From the NCBI GenBank assembly GCA_036679645.1, contig JAZDCY010000063.1, positions 1-64,000 on the forward strand: 64,000 nucleotides of DNA, written 5' to 3'. Below are positions 1 through 11,862 of the stretch, piece by piece. Under the pieces are notes generated by a model that did no database searches, was not told the DNA's origin, and saw nothing but the letters and a program-made list of their open reading frames with translations. The translations under genes and the position numbers were made by a program. The stretch comes from Gemmatimonadota bacterium. Lineage in GTDB: Bacteria; Gemmatimonadota; Gemmatimonadetes; Gemmatimonadales; GWC2-71-9. Numbering within the stretch: position 1 is the first letter of the stretch; the number at the start of each line of letters is the position of its first letter.

Positions 1-1081
<1,081 letters not shown>

Positions 1082-1110
1082 ACCAAGAGGCCTGTACCTC
1101 CCAACAGAAT

Positions 1111-1256
1111 CCTTCCACAGTGTGTGGAATGGTCTGCTCAACATATCAACATAGGTGAACTGGTGTCACTAATGCCTTTCATTACAGTGAGTTAGGTGAT
1201 CACAGCTAGGGGCGCCGTGGGTATGAACGAATGGGTGACGCGCTGGATGTGGAAAA
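1111..1256. promoter_or_regulatory. Cluster of DnaA-box-like nonamers around an IHF-like site
   Basis: TGTGGAAAA at 1248-1256 (reverse complement TTTTCCACA matches TTWTNCACA); inverted TTCCACA/TGTGGAA at 1113-1129; ATATCAACA at 1143-1151; locally AT-richer. Confidence 0.35.
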
Positions 1257-1307
1257 CACGTGGCGAGATGGCAAAACGTGGTCGGCATTGGCATACCGTT
1301 GGGGTCT

Positions 1308-3962
1308 TCAGGCAGTGCGCTCGATGCCTGTCCGGTTCCCCAATGCGGCCTGTGCCGCCGCCAGGCGGGCGATCGGCACCCGAAACGGGGAACACGACAC
1401 GTAGTTCAGCCCCGCGCGATGGCAGAACTCGACCGAGCGCGGATCACCGCCGTGTTCGCCGCAGATCCCAATCTTGAGCCGTGGGTTGGTCGCTCTACCG
1501 AGTTGCACCGCCATCTCGAGCAGGCGCCCGACACCAGCCTGGTCGATCGTCTGGAACGGATCGTCGCTCAGGATGCCCGTCTCCACGTAGTAGGGGAGGA
1601 ACCGACCCGCGTCGTCGCGAGAGAGGCCGAACGTGGTTTGCGTGAGGTCGTTCGTCCCGAACGAGAAGAACTCGGCGACCTCGGCGATTGCGTCCGCCGT
1701 GAGGGCGGCGCGGGGCAACTCGATCATGGTGCCGAGCAGGTAATTCACGCGACACTTCTTGGCAGTGAATACCCGCTCCGCCGTATCACGCACTACGGCA
1801 ACCTGCCGTTTCAGCTCCTCGACGGCGCTGACCAGCGGCACCATGACCTCCGGTACAACGTCGATGCCGGCACCACTGGCATCGCACGCCGCTTCGAAGA
1901 TCGCCTGGGTCTGCATCTCCGTAATCTCGGGGAACGTGATGCCAAGACGGCATCCACGGTGACCCAACATGGGGTTGGACTCGGTGAGGACCTCCACCGT
2001 ATGGCGCATTCTCGCTTCCGGCACGCCAAGGGACGACGCCAGGGCGCGAATCTCCTCGTCGGCTCGAGGGAGAAACTCGTGAAGCGGTGGGTCGAGCAAC
2101 CGGATGGTCACCGGGTAGCCATCCATCGCCTCGAAGATGTCGTAGAAGTCCTGCCGTTGCATGGGAAGCAGCTGCAGGAGCGCGCGCCGCCGTCCTTCGA
2201 GATCGGTCGCGACGATCATCTGCCGCATCGCGTGCAGCCGGTCGCCTTCGAAAAACATGTGCTCGGTGCGGCAGAGCCCAATCCCCTCAGCACCAAACCC
2301 GCGCGCTCGTCTCGCGTCGGCCGGCGTGTCGGCGTTGGTGCGCACCCGCAGCATGCGCACCCGATCCGCCCAGTCCATGATCTGAGTGAAATCTTCGCTT
2401 GGTTCCGGTTCCACCAGACGCGCCCGACCGAGGATGACCCGTCCCGTGGACCCGTCGAGCGTGATCCACTCTCCGTCCCGAATGGTCCGACCGTCCACCT
2501 GGAACTGGCCGGCTGCTTCATCGACATCGATATCCTTGGCGCCGGCGACACAGCATTTCCCCATTCCGCGCGCCACCACCGCGGCGTGACTCGTCATCCC
2601 ACCCCGAGCCGTGAGGATGGCGCGGGCGGCCGCCATGCCATGGAAGTCGTCGGGGCTGGTTTCCCGCCGTACCAGAATGACTGCCTCGCCGCTACCGGCC
2701 CGCTCCGCCGCAGAGTCCGCATCGAAAACCACCTGTCCCACCGCCGCGCCGGGCGACGCCGGTAACCCCGTCGCAAGCACGGTCAGTTCCTGCGCGGGAT
2801 CCACGGTGGGATGAAGGATCTGGTCCAGTTGCGCCGGATCGACCCGCAGTAGCGCCTCTTTCTCGTCGATCATCCCTTCTCGAGCCATCTCCACGGCCGC
2901 GCGAACGGCCGCGCGGCCCGTTCGCTTGGCCGCCCGCGTCTGTAACAGGTAGAGGCGACCACATTCCACCGTGAACTCGATGTCCTGCATGTCGTGGAAG
3001 TGCCGCTCGAGGCGATCCGACATTTCCTGGAGCTTGGCGAATGCGGCGGGGAGTTCCTCCGCCATAGCGGAAATCGGGTGCGGGTCGCGCGTCCCAGCCA
3101 CGACATCTTCGCCCTGGGCGTTGACGAGAAACTCACCATATAACCGACGTTCTCCCGTCGAGGGATCGCGCGTAAAAGCAACGCCCGTCCCCGAGTCGTC
3201 ACCCATATTGCCGTAGACCATATGGACGATGCTCACCGCGGTACCGAGATGATCTGGAATCCGGTGCACGCGCCGGTACTCGGTAGCGCGTTTGTTCTGC
3301 CAACTGCGGAAGACGGCTCCGATGGCTCCCCACAGCTGGTCCCAAGGATCCTCCGGGAACGCTTTGTTCGACCCTCGCTCGACCACAGCCTTGAAACGCC
3401 CCACGAGCGTCCGCAGCGCATCCGGCGGTAGGTCGATCTCGCGCTGGGCCCCGTGCTCCGCCTTCAGCTCGCTAGCTGCCGCCTCGAACGGGTCTCCGCT
3501 GCCCGCATTCGCTTTCATGCCAAACACCACGTCGCCGTACATCTGGACGAACCGGCGGTACGAGTCGTATGCGAACGCGGCGTTCCCCGACCGTCGCGCC
3601 AGGCCTTCGGCCGTGCGGTCATTGAGACCGAGGTTCAGGATCGTGTCCATCATACCGGGCATCGAGAATGCGGCGCCCGACCGGACGGACACGAGCAATG
3701 GCATGTCGGGATCGCCAAACCGCTTTTCCGAAACGCTCTCGAGGCGGTGCATCGCCGTGCGAACCTCGTCGCGCAGCTCGTCCCCAATGGACCGATCCTT
3801 CAGGTAGTGAACGCACTCGGTGGTGGCAATGGTGAACCCGGGCGGAACAGGGATCCCGATATTGCTCATCTCGGCGAGGTTGGCACCCTTGCCACCGAGC
3901 AGGCTCTTCATGTGCGCACCGCCCTCAGCAGCGCCGTCGCCGAAGAAATAGACGCTCGTCAT
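1308..3962 (-). CDS. ppdK: Pyruvate, phosphate dikinase
   Basis: LLGGKGANLAEM, LLVSVRSGA..SMPGMMDTILNLG, GGMTSHAAVVAR (phospho-His), GTNDLTQ, GICGEHGG; 884 aa. Confidence 0.98.
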   Translation of the reverse strand: MTSVYFFGDGAAEGGAHMKSLLGGKGANLAEMSNIGIPVPPGFTIATTECVHYLKDRSIGDELRDEVRTAMHRLESVSEKRFGDPDMPLLVSVRSGAAFSMPGMMDTILNLGLNDRTAEGLARRSGNAAFAYDSYRRFVQMYGDVVFGMKANAGSGDPFEAAASELKAEHGAQREIDLPPDALRTLVGRFKAVVERGSNKAFPEDPWDQLWGAIGAVFRSWQNKRATEYRRVHRIPDHLGTAVSIVHMVYGNMGDDSGTGVAFTRDPSTGERRLYGEFLVNAQGEDVVAGTRDPHPISAMAEELPAAFAKLQEMSDRLERHFHDMQDIEFTVECGRLYLLQTRAAKRTGRAAVRAAVEMAREGMIDEKEALLRVDPAQLDQILHPTVDPAQELTVLATGLPASPGAAVGQVVFDADSAAERAGSGEAVILVRRETSPDDFHGMAAARAILTARGGMTSHAAVVARGMGKCCVAGAKDIDVDEAAGQFQVDGRTIRDGEWITLDGSTGRVILGRARLVEPEPSEDFTQIMDWADRVRMLRVRTNADTPADARRARGFGAEGIGLCRTEHMFFEGDRLHAMRQMIVATDLEGRRRALLQLLPMQRQDFYDIFEAMDGYPVTIRLLDPPLHEFLPRADEEIRALASSLGVPEARMRHTVEVLTESNPMLGHRGCRLGITFPEITEMQTQAIFEAACDASGAGIDVVPEVMVPLVSAVEELKRQVAVVRDTAERVFTAKKCRVNYLLGTMIELPRAALTADAIAEVAEFFSFGTNDLTQTTFGLSRDDAGRFLPYYVETGILSDDPFQTIDQAGVGRLLEMAVQLGRATNPRLKIGICGEHGGDPRSVEFCHRAGLNYVSCSPFRVPIARLAAAQAALGNRTGIERTA

Positions 3963-3968
3963 ATGCCT

Positions 3969-5360
3969 CTAGCCGGTAACGAACTGGACCCGGCTGCCAC
4001 CGGTTTTGCTGGACGCCGGCGGCGTATCGGTCGGGTAGTCGCCGGAGAAGCACGCATGGCAGTATGTCAGGTCCGGCGCAACCGAGCCGAGCAGGCCCTC
4101 GAGAGACACGTAGCCTATCGAGTCGACGTCGAGATGGCGCCCGATCTCCGCCACCGAATGGTTCGCCGCAATGAGTTCCTCCCGGGTCGGTGTATCGATT
4201 CCGTAGTAGCACGGACCGATGATGGGGGGTGAGGCAAGCCGAAAATGCACCTCTCTTGCGCCGGCCTGCCGTAACATGTTGACCAACTCGCGCGACGTGG
4301 TGCCGCGAACCAACGAGTCATCCACCACCACGACATTCTTTCCGGCAATCACATCTCGCACCGGGTTGAACTTGATGCGGACATTCGCGACCCGTGTGGA
4401 TTGCCCGGGGTTGATGAACGTCCGGCCGATATAATGATTCCGGATCAGTCCGTGCTCGAGCTTGATGCCGCTCTCCTCGGCATATCCCAGTGCCATGGCG
4501 TTGGACGAATCGGGTACAGAAAAGACACAATCGGCCCCGGGCGTGGGGTGTTCGCGCGCGAGGCGGTGGCCCAGTGCTCGTCTCACCCCATCGACTGACT
4601 GACCAAACACGGTGCTGTCTGGCCGGGAAAAGTAGACGAGCTCGAAGATGCAGCGACGGACCGGTTTCTGAGAAAGAGACGGTAGGTCAATCAGCCGGCC
4701 GTCTTCGATCTTGATCCAGTCGCCCGGCTGGAGCTCACGGATCACCGTCGCGCCGACGATATCGAGGGCGCATGTCTCGGACGCGAGCACGTACCCGTCG
4801 CCCAACCGTCCGATGATCAACGGCCGGAAACCGCGCCCGTCCACGATGGCGTACAGCGTCCGTCCTACCGTCATCAGCAGCGTGAAGGCTCCATCGATAC
4901 GGTCGAGCGCATCGAGGATTTGATCTTCAATGGCACGCGCGTCCGATCGCGCTATCAGATGCACCAGGACTTCCGAGTCCGACGAGGACTGGAAGATGGA
5001 CCCCTGGCGCACGAGATCTTCGCGAATCTCCGCCGCGTTGATCAAGTTGCCGTTGTGGGCTAGGGCGAGCGGGCCCGCGTGGTACGACACGATCCCGGGT
5101 TGGGCGTTGGCGAGCACCGAGCTACCCGTGGTCGAGTAGCGCGTATGGCCAATCGCGACGTCGCCGGGAAGCGCATCTAGGACACCGGGCGGGAAGACCT
5201 CGTGGACCAAACCCATTCCACGATGCACGCGCGCCTCACCCTGGTCGTCCAGTACCACTAGCCCCGCGGACTCCTGACCGCGGTGCTGCAGCGCGTAGAG
5301 CCCCAAGTAGGTGAGCCGTGCCGCATCGGAGATGCCCGCGACGCCAAAGATCCCGCACAT
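3969..5360 (-). CDS. purF: Amidophosphoribosyltransferase
   Basis: Starts MCGIFG (Ntn Cys) at ATG 5360; LQHRGQESAG, GHTRYST, VVVVDDSLVRGTT PRPP loop, C-terminal CHAC. Confidence 0.97.
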   Translation of the reverse strand: MCGIFGVAGISDAARLTYLGLYALQHRGQESAGLVVLDDQGEARVHRGMGLVHEVFPPGVLDALPGDVAIGHTRYSTTGSSVLANAQPGIVSYHAGPLALAHNGNLINAAEIREDLVRQGSIFQSSSDSEVLVHLIARSDARAIEDQILDALDRIDGAFTLLMTVGRTLYAIVDGRGFRPLIIGRLGDGYVLASETCALDIVGATVIRELQPGDWIKIEDGRLIDLPSLSQKPVRRCIFELVYFSRPDSTVFGQSVDGVRRALGHRLAREHPTPGADCVFSVPDSSNAMALGYAEESGIKLEHGLIRNHYIGRTFINPGQSTRVANVRIKFNPVRDVIAGKNVVVVDDSLVRGTTSRELVNMLRQAGAREVHFRLASPPIIGPCYYGIDTPTREELIAANHSVAEIGRHLDVDSIGYVSLEGLLGSVAPDLTYCHACFSGDYPTDTPPASSKTGGSRVQFVTG

Positions 5361-5364
5361 CGCG

Positions 5365-7656
5365 CTATGCCCCCGCTCCCGCCCCCGCCATTGCTGCCTC
5401 CATGATTGTGGGGAGCGCATCGAAGTACGTCTCACGCAGCCTGCGAACTGGAACCACCAGTGTAACCCCTCCGTGCCGTACCTCGAGATCGCCGTCCGGC
5501 TCACCCACCGAACCCACACGGACAGCCGGAACCTGATGGTGCGCGGCACGCTCCAGAAGAACCTCCACGCTGTCGGGCACCGTCGAGACCAGTGCACGGC
5601 CCTGGTCCTCGCCAAAGAGTGCGGCGTGGGAGTCGATTCCTGGAATTGCCGCGTGGCAATCCAGGCGCACCCCCAACCCGAGCTTCGCGTACACGTCACC
5701 CATGGCACATTCTGCGCCCGCGACGGCGAGACCACCATCTGAAAGGTCGTGCGCACTGGCGATGAGCCCATGGTCTACCAGGTCCACGAGCAAGTCGATG
5801 AGGCGGCGCTCCGCGGCGAGGTCCACCGGTGGCGGCGCCCCGGCGCGCTCGCCGAGCACATATTCCCAGTAAGCCGACCCGCCGACGTGCCCACGGGTCG
5901 TGCCCAACAGCACCACGGCGTGCCCAGGTGTCGTGAAATGCGACCCTACCGCGGATGCGACCTGTTGCAGCACTCCAATCATCCCTATCACCGGTGTCGG
6001 ATCGATGGCACCAATCGGGCTCTCGTTGTAGAACGATACGTTGCCGCCCGTCACCGGGGTCCCCAAGACACGACACGCATCGGCTACTCCACGGCAGGCC
6101 TCCCGAAACTGATAGTAGACGGCGGGCCGTTCCGGATTCCCAAAGTTCAGGCAATTGGTGATGCCGATGGGCCGCGCACCGGTACACGCCACGTTCCGCG
6201 CCGCCTCGGCAACCGCGGCCTTGCCACCCTCGTAAGGATCGAGCAGTACGTAGCGCGCATTGCAGTCCGTGCTCGCCGCCACACCGCGCTCCGTGCCGGG
6301 CACGACTATCACGCCCGCGTCGCCGCCGGGCCCATGCATGGTGCCCGCCTGGACCGTCGAGTCGTATTGCTGGTACACCCACGCCGGACCCGCAATACCA
6401 GGTGTTCCCAGCAGTGTAAGCAACGCGGTTTCCGGATCGATGGGCGCCATTCTGGGCGTACGCGCCCGGCGCACCGCCGCTTCGGGTGCCTCGGTCGCCT
6501 CCGGCGAATACATGGGGCAATCGTCGATCAGCCGGGCCCCCGGGATATCCGCGACCACCGTATCACCGTACCGCACGCGGTACCGCCCGTCGTCCGTGAC
6601 GCACCCAATAGCCACGGCTTCGAGCTCCCATTTCTCCGCGATGGCCAACACCTGGTCCACCCGATCGTGCAGGGCCACTACGAGCATGCGTTCCTGTGAT
6701 TCCGACAACAGCAACTCGTACGGCGTCATACCGGGCTCGCGGGTCGGCACACGGGCCGCGTCGATCTCGACACCGACCCCGCCTTTCTCCGCCATCTCCG
6801 CGGAGGACGACGTGAGGCCCGCGGCGCCCATGTCCTGGATAGCCACGATGTGACCGGAGGTAATCAGCTCGAGACTGGCTTCGAGCAGTAGTTTTTCCGT
6901 GAAGGGGTCGCCGACCTGCACCTGTGGTCGTCGTTCCTCACTGGCTTCGGTCAATTCTTCGGACGCAAACGACGCTCCGTGAATGCCATCACGCCCCGTC
7001 CGCGCACCAACGGTGATCAGCACGTTACCCACCCCGCTGGCCGCCGAGCCAATCAGATCCGCTTCCGGCAGCATGCCAATGCACATCGCGTTGATCAGTG
7101 GGTTGCCGCTGTAGTTGGGCGAGAAGTCGAGTTCTCCACCAATCGTGGGAACGCCAACGCAGTTCCCGTAGTCGCCGATCCCGCGCACGACGCCCGACAG
7201 GAGGTATCGGTTGCGGGGTTCGGACAACGGTCCAAAACGGATGCTGTTGAGGAGCGCTACCGGCCGCGCGCCCATCGTGAACACGTCCCGGAGAATGCCG
7301 CCAACACCCGTCGCCGCACCCTGATAGGGCTCGACGGCGGACGGGTGATTGTGGGACTCGATCTTGAACGCGACAGCCCAGCCGTCCCCAAGAGACAACA
7401 CACCGGCATTCTCGCCCGGACCCTGGAGGACGTGGCTCCCCTCGGTGGGGAAGTCACGGAGAACCGAGCGTGAGTGCTTGTACGAGCAGTGCTCGCTCCA
7501 CAAGGCAGAGAAGATCCCCAGTTCGGTGAAGGTCGGCTCGCGCCCGAGCATGGCGCGTATCCGCGCATACTCGTCGTCGTTCAGGCCGTGTTCTCGGACT
7601 AGGTCCGGTGTGATGGGAGGGTCACCCGGGAAGGCCTCCGCCGGGCGGCGGGTCAT
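5365..7656 (-). CDS. purL: Phosphoribosylformylglycinamidine synthase subunit PurL (small type)
   Basis: [45 protein letters not shown]. Confidence 0.97.
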   Translation of the reverse strand: MTRRPAEAFPGDPPITPDLVREHGLNDDEYARIRAMLGREPTFTELGIFSALWSEHCSYKHSRSVLRDFPTEGSHVLQGPGENAGVLSLGDGWAVAFKIESHNHPSAVEPYQGAATGVGGILRDVFTMGARPVALLNSIRFGPLSEPRNRYLLSGVVRGIGDYGNCVGVPTIGGELDFSPNYSGNPLINAMCIGMLPEADLIGSAASGVGNVLITVGARTGRDGIHGASFASEELTEASEERRPQVQVGDPFTEKLLLEASLELITSGHIVAIQDMGAAGLTSSSAEMAEKGGVGVEIDAARVPTREPGMTPYELLLSESQERMLVVALHDRVDQVLAIAEKWELEAVAIGCVTDDGRYRVRYGDTVVADIPGARLIDDCPMYSPEATEAPEAAVRRARTPRMAPIDPETALLTLLGTPGIAGPAWVYQQYDSTVQAGTMHGPGGDAGVIVVPGTERGVAASTDCNARYVLLDPYEGGKAAVAEAARNVACTGARPIGITNCLNFGNPERPAVYYQFREACRGVADACRVLGTPVTGGNVSFYNESPIGAIDPTPVIGMIGVLQQVASAVGSHFTTPGHAVVLLGTTRGHVGGSAYWEYVLGERAGAPPPVDLAAERRLIDLLVDLVDHGLIASAHDLSDGGLAVAGAECAMGDVYAKLGLGVRLDCHAAIPGIDSHAALFGEDQGRALVSTVPDSVEVLLERAAHHQVPAVRVGSVGEPDGDLEVRHGGVTLVVPVRRLRETYFDALPTIMEAAMAGAGAGA

Positions 7657-7985
7657 TCCGTGGGAGGCTTCCGGGACGAGCCACTCACGCCGTGCACGAT
7701 AGCACGGAACACACCGCCGACACCGCTCCGCTGGTTCTTCGCGACCAGCAATTGAGCCTCACCTGCGTCGAACCAGATGCCATCGCAATCGGGGCACCGG
7801 TCGACCTGGATTCCCTGCATCTCTTCCACGTGCAGATCTGCACCGCACTTGGGGCACTTCATGTAGTGGGTCAGTCGTTCCGCATGGGCGGCCGTCTCCG
7901 CGGCGGCCTTTCGGCGCGCCTCGATCCGGTCGGCCTCGAGGCGCGCGAAATGCTCTTCTTCGTTTCGAGAAGGCTTGACGGTCAT
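7653..7985 (-). CDS. Small zinc-ribbon (zf-TFIIB-like) protein
   Basis: [10 protein letters not shown]-terminal helix then CPKC-x17-[12 protein letters not shown]; 4-nt overlaps with neighbours. Confidence 0.75.
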   Translation of the reverse strand: MTVKPSRNEEEHFARLEADRIEARRKAAAETAAHAERLTHYMKCPKCGADLHVEEMQGIQVDRCPDCDGIWFDAGEAQLLVAKNQRSGVGGVFRAIVHGVSGSSRKPPTE

Positions 7986-8530
7986 GAGCCCGGTGGCAGT
8001 GTTGGGAACGGCTCGCGTCCTGGGGGGGACGACGATACGCCTGTATATGTGTGCCCCTCACCACGCACGATCGCGTCGACGACCTGCCCGGTCTCCAGCA
8101 TTACGACGTCAAACGTGCCGCACGTAACCTCGCAGCCATTGCGGAAGTAGAGGTATTCCCACGTGCCGGCCGCGCGCTCGGCGACGGGCTCGCCCCACAC
8201 GCCAATCACGTCGGCGCGGGACATACCCGGCGAGACCGAGCCCGTATTGACGGGCGTCCACGGCTCGTCAACGAGGTCCGGGGACAGTATGGTAGCCCGC
8301 TGTCGCGGTGTGGGCTGTTGCGGTTTCGCGGCCCGCTCGACGGCAACCGGAGGCGTCTGCTGGGCCTCTCCTTGACCGTCCGCCGCGGCACCATCGCCGG
8401 CCGTAACAGCCACCACTGCTGTATCGGCGGCCGTCGAGTCCGCGTCGCCCCCTCCGAGAAACGGGAGGCGATCACATCCCAAGGCGGCCAAGGAACACAG
8501 CGATACGATTGTGAGGGCGCGACTCTTCAT
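7982..8530 (-). CDS. Hypothetical lipoprotein (possible BamE/SmpA-like C-terminal domain)
   Basis: ATG 8530 MKSRALTIVSLCSLAALGC lipobox; low-complexity linker; GMSRADVIGVWGEP...WEYLYF motif. Confidence 0.6.
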   Translation of the reverse strand: MKSRALTIVSLCSLAALGCDRLPFLGGGDADSTAADTAVVAVTAGDGAAADGQGEAQQTPPVAVERAAKPQQPTPRQRATILSPDLVDEPWTPVNTGSVSPGMSRADVIGVWGEPVAERAAGTWEYLYFRNGCEVTCGTFDVVMLETGQVVDAIVRGEGHTYTGVSSSPPGREPFPTLPPGS

Positions 8531-9210
8531 GCGGCACCTCCTCCCAGACGTTCGAGACAGGTTACCAGCGACGTGAACACCGCGGCCCCAGACGTGTGCC
8601 GGAGCACGTCGTCCGCTGCGCGCTCGGGATGCGGCATCATCCCCACCACATTGCGTTCGGCACTCGACACACCGGCAATCTCGTGGGCGGAGCCGTTGGG
8701 ATTCTCTCCCGTGTACCGGAGGACGACCAGTTCGTCGTCCTCCAGCTGCCGCAGGGTGAGATCGTCGGCCACGTAGCGGCCTTCGCCGTGGGCAACCGGT
8801 AACGTAATAATAGCACCTTTCGTGTACGCCGACGTACACGGAGTATCGACCGATTCCACGCGGACTTCGACCGGCTGGGAGACGAATCGCGAGCCCGCAT
8901 TGCGCATCAGGCCGCCCGGGAGCAGGCCCGCTTCACAGAGGACCTGGAAACCGTTACAGATCCCCAGTACCGGGCCGCCCGCGCGGGCGAATTCGACTAC
9001 CGCTTTCATCACGGGGCTGAACCTCGCTATGGCGCCGGCGCGGAGATAGTCGCCGTACGCGAACCCGCCCGGCAGGATCACGGCATCTGCCCCGCCCAGG
9101 TCGCCCTCCCGATGCCACACGAAGTACGCGTCCGCGCCCACGAGCGACGCGGCCCGCAGCGTGTCAAAGTCACAGTTGGATCCGGGGAACCGCACGACCG
9201 CGACACGCAT
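8527..9210 (-). CDS. purQ: FGAM synthase glutaminase subunit PurQ
   Basis: MRVAVVRFPGSNCD from ATG 9210; PGGFAYGDYLR, GICNGFQ, MMPHPER. Confidence 0.97.
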   Translation of the reverse strand: MRVAVVRFPGSNCDFDTLRAASLVGADAYFVWHREGDLGGADAVILPGGFAYGDYLRAGAIARFSPVMKAVVEFARAGGPVLGICNGFQVLCEAGLLPGGLMRNAGSRFVSQPVEVRVESVDTPCTSAYTKGAIITLPVAHGEGRYVADDLTLRQLEDDELVVLRYTGENPNGSAHEIAGVSSAERNVVGMMPHPERAADDVLRHTSGAAVFTSLVTCLERLGGGAA

Positions 9211-9467
9211 CACAATTCGCCATCCACCGTGACAGCGAAGTTTTCTGTTATCGGGTTCGCCAGGAGGCGCTCGCACATGGCGCGCGCCTCACGTGCCGCG
9301 GATTCCGCGTCGGCTGCCTCCACCGCCAGTGTCAGCGCCTTCCCCACACGGACCCGGTCGACACCGTCGAAACCGAGTTCCACCAACGCGTGCTGTACCG
9401 CCTTGCCCTGCGGATCGAGCAGCGCCGCACGTGGCATCACGCGAACATCTACCTGATAGGTCGGCAT
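9210..9467 (-). CDS. purS: FGAM synthase subunit PurS
   Basis: LLDPQGKAV, VRVGK, LLANPITE; 85 aa, adjacent to purQ. Confidence 0.95.
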   Translation of the reverse strand: MPTYQVDVRVMPRAALLDPQGKAVQHALVELGFDGVDRVRVGKALTLAVEAADAESAAREARAMCERLLANPITENFAVTVDGEL

Positions 9468-10300
9468 TACGCTCTCCGGTTGATCGACCCCTCGGTGCGA
9501 TCATCGCCCACTTCCTCGTCAGTGTCATCGACGTCTTCGCCCAACTCGCCGCGCTCCAGGAGCCCGATCACGGCCGCGCGGGTCATCCCGTAGCTCAGGT
9601 ACGCGAGCCCCAGAGGAAAGAAGAAGATATCGCGCGACCACACCGCGAACGCCACGATGGTGCCGTTCACCGCCAGCCCGGCGAGTCCCTTGATCGAGCG
9701 GACCCCGATCCGCGGCACGCGGGCATACCGGATCGTACTCACCATGGCGAGGCTCATGGCGATAGTGAGGTAGATGATGATCTGCGACCACGGGAGAGTC
9801 GCTAGCTGCGTCTGGTAGAAATCCGTCTGCGTGAACGGGTAGTAGGTCGCCAGCGTCATCCCGGCGGCAGGGGAGGGGATACCCTGAAACCCGCCCACCG
9901 GATCGTGACCTTCGTCCGCCACGTTGTACCGTGCAAGGCGCAAGGCAACCCCGGCCACGAACCCGAATGAGAACATCCAGCTGAACCCCCCGAGTGGTGC
10001 AAACACGAGGTGGTACAGCAGGACCGCCGGTGCGACGCCAAAACTCACTATATCCACCAGCGAGTCGAGCTCTGCGCCGAACTGGGACCCGGCGTTGCTC
10101 ATCCGCGCTATGCGCCCGTCGAGCATATCCAGCACGCCCGCAATCACGATGTACCAGCTCGCTCGGTAGAAATCGCCCGTCGAGGACAGCACGATTGCCC
10201 AGATCCCGAAAAACAAATTGGCGAGCGTAAAGAGACTCGGGACGACGACGACGACACGGCGTACCGACGGGCCTCTTCCTCGCTGCAGTCGAGGTCTCAT
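9467..10300 (-). CDS. pssA: CDP-diacylglycerol--serine O-phosphatidyltransferase
   Basis: PSLFTLANL, DMLDGRIAR...GAELDSLVD CDP-alcohol motif, RLARYN; next to psd. Confidence 0.92.
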   Translation of the reverse strand: MRPRLQRGRGPSVRRVVVVVPSLFTLANLFFGIWAIVLSSTGDFYRASWYIVIAGVLDMLDGRIARMSNAGSQFGAELDSLVDIVSFGVAPAVLLYHLVFAPLGGFSWMFSFGFVAGVALRLARYNVADEGHDPVGGFQGIPSPAAGMTLATYYPFTQTDFYQTQLATLPWSQIIIYLTIAMSLAMVSTIRYARVPRIGVRSIKGLAGLAVNGTIVAFAVWSRDIFFFPLGLAYLSYGMTRAAVIGLLERGELGEDVDDTDEEVGDDRTEGSINRRA

Positions 10301-10941
10301 GACCATTTCCCAATCACGGTGACGCCAGCCACGGTGCGATCTCCCACGGTTACCGTGGCTCGTGCGTCTGGTCTGAAGAACGTATCCACGCGCGATCCAA
10401 ACCGGATGAGGCCAAGCCGATCGCCCTGCCGAACCTCGTCTCCGGGCTGCGGGTCGGTCACGATGCGACGGGCCACGAGCCCCGCGATCTGCCGCACGAG
10501 CACCGGGCCACGCGCCGCGCTGACCCCCAGCGACATCTGTTCGTTGTCGATGCTCGCCTTGTCCAGGGACGCATTGACGAACTTCCCCTCGCGATAGGCG
10601 CGGAACGCAGTCGTACCGCTCACCGGATGCCGGTTGACGTGCACGTTGAAGACGTTCATGAATACCGAAACGCGCACCGCGCTCCCGCCAATGAAGTCCG
10701 GTTCCTCCACCTCGGCCACACTCACCACTCTCCCGTCTGCCGGTGCCACGATCAGATTGTCACCGCGCGGCCCGCTGCGGCTCGGGTCCCGGAAGAACCA
10801 GGGGATCCAGCCCGCCACCGGCAGCCAGGCCGCGGCTGCCGCCCACCACAGCCCACCGAACACGCCTGCCGTGGCCGTGAGGCCCACAAGGCCGACGACC
10901 CCGCCAGCGACAAACGGTATCCCTTCGGGGGCGAGCCGCAC
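10297..10941 (-). CDS. psd: Phosphatidylserine decarboxylase proenzyme
   Basis: FFRDP, APADGRV, VHVNRHP, QIAGLVARRI, RFGSRVD (autocleavage GS). Confidence 0.93.
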   Translation of the reverse strand: MRLAPEGIPFVAGGVVGLVGLTATAGVFGGLWWAAAAAWLPVAGWIPWFFRDPSRSGPRGDNLIVAPADGRVVSVAEVEEPDFIGGSAVRVSVFMNVFNVHVNRHPVSGTTAFRAYREGKFVNASLDKASIDNEQMSLGVSAARGPVLVRQIAGLVARRIVTDPQPGDEVRQGDRLGLIRFGSRVDTFFRPDARATVTVGDRTVAGVTVIGKWS

Positions 10942-11862
10942 CTACCCGTCCCGGAGCTGCGACCCGGTGAGACGGGCGTATGCATCGAGATACCGTTCGC
11001 TGGTCGCTGTAACGACCTCTGGTGGAAGTGCAATGGGAGTATCTCCATCCCACGACCCCGTACGCTTCAGATCCGCGAGGTAGTCACGCAGCGGCTGCTT
11101 GTCGAAGCTCGGTTGACCGCGACCGGGCTGGTACCGATCCGCCGGCCAGAATCGCGAGGAATCCGGTGTCAATAACTCGTCAATGAGCATCAACGCCCCA
11201 TCAGTCGTCTGACCGAACTCGAATTTCGTGTCGGCAATGATGATCCCACGGTCACGCGCCCGGTCCCGCCCGGCCTCGTAGAGCGCCAAACTCGCCTCGC
11301 GCAAACGGCCGGCGAGATCGGTACCGACCACGTCGCTCATCTGGGCGAACGTGATGTTCTCATCATGACCGACGTCGGCCTTCGTGGCCGGAGAGAAGAT
11401 CGGTGGATCGAGCGGCGCGCTCTCCACTAGATTCGTGGGAAGCGGCTCGCCAGCCAGTGTTCCCGACTCGCGGTACTCCGCCCACGCCGACCCCGCGAGG
11501 TATCCGCGGACGACACACTCCACAGGGAACGGCTCGGTGCGTCGGCACAGCATCGTGCGTTGGGCCAGTTCCGCGCGGTGCGGTGCAAGTGCGGGCACGC
11601 GCTCGATGATCTCATCAACATCGGCCGTGATGCAGTGGTGCTCTACCAGGCCGTGCAGCGACCGGAACCAGAATGCGCTCATCTGGGTAAGGACTGCGCC
11701 CTTCCCAGGAATCGGTTCGGGCAATACGACGTCAAATGCGCTTACCCTGTCGGACGCGACGAGCAGAAGCTGATCATCCCCGACGGCGTACACCTCCCGG
11801 ACCTTGCCGCGCCGCACCAATGGCAACGGGAGAGCGCTCTCACGAATGGGTGTGTAGGTCAG
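10942..11862 (-). CDS. purC: SAICAR synthetase
   Basis: [46 protein letters not shown]; likely CTG start at 11862 with AGGAG SD (ORF caller starts 11826). Confidence 0.95.
   Translation of the reverse strand: MTYTPIRESALPLPLVRRGKVREVYAVGDDQLLLVASDRVSAFDVVLPEPIPGKGAVLTQMSAFWFRSLHGLVEHHCITADVDEIIERVPALAPHRAELAQRTMLCRRTEPFPVECVVRGYLAGSAWAEYRESGTLAGEPLPTNLVESAPLDPPIFSPATKADVGHDENITFAQMSDVVGTDLAGRLREASLALYEAGRDRARDRGIIIADTKFEFGQTTDGALMLIDELLTPDSSRFWPADRYQPGRGQPSFDKQPLRDYLADLKRTGSWDGDTPIALPPEVVTATSERYLDAYARLTGSQLRDG

Noticed and set aside
1260..2765. Long antisense or alternate-frame ORFs (e.g. 1260-2765 +, 24739-26337 -, 43375-45771 -, 46682-48040 -)
   Set aside because: They shadow well-supported genes, are Arg/Ala/Pro-rich without motifs, and are expected from GC-rich codon bias
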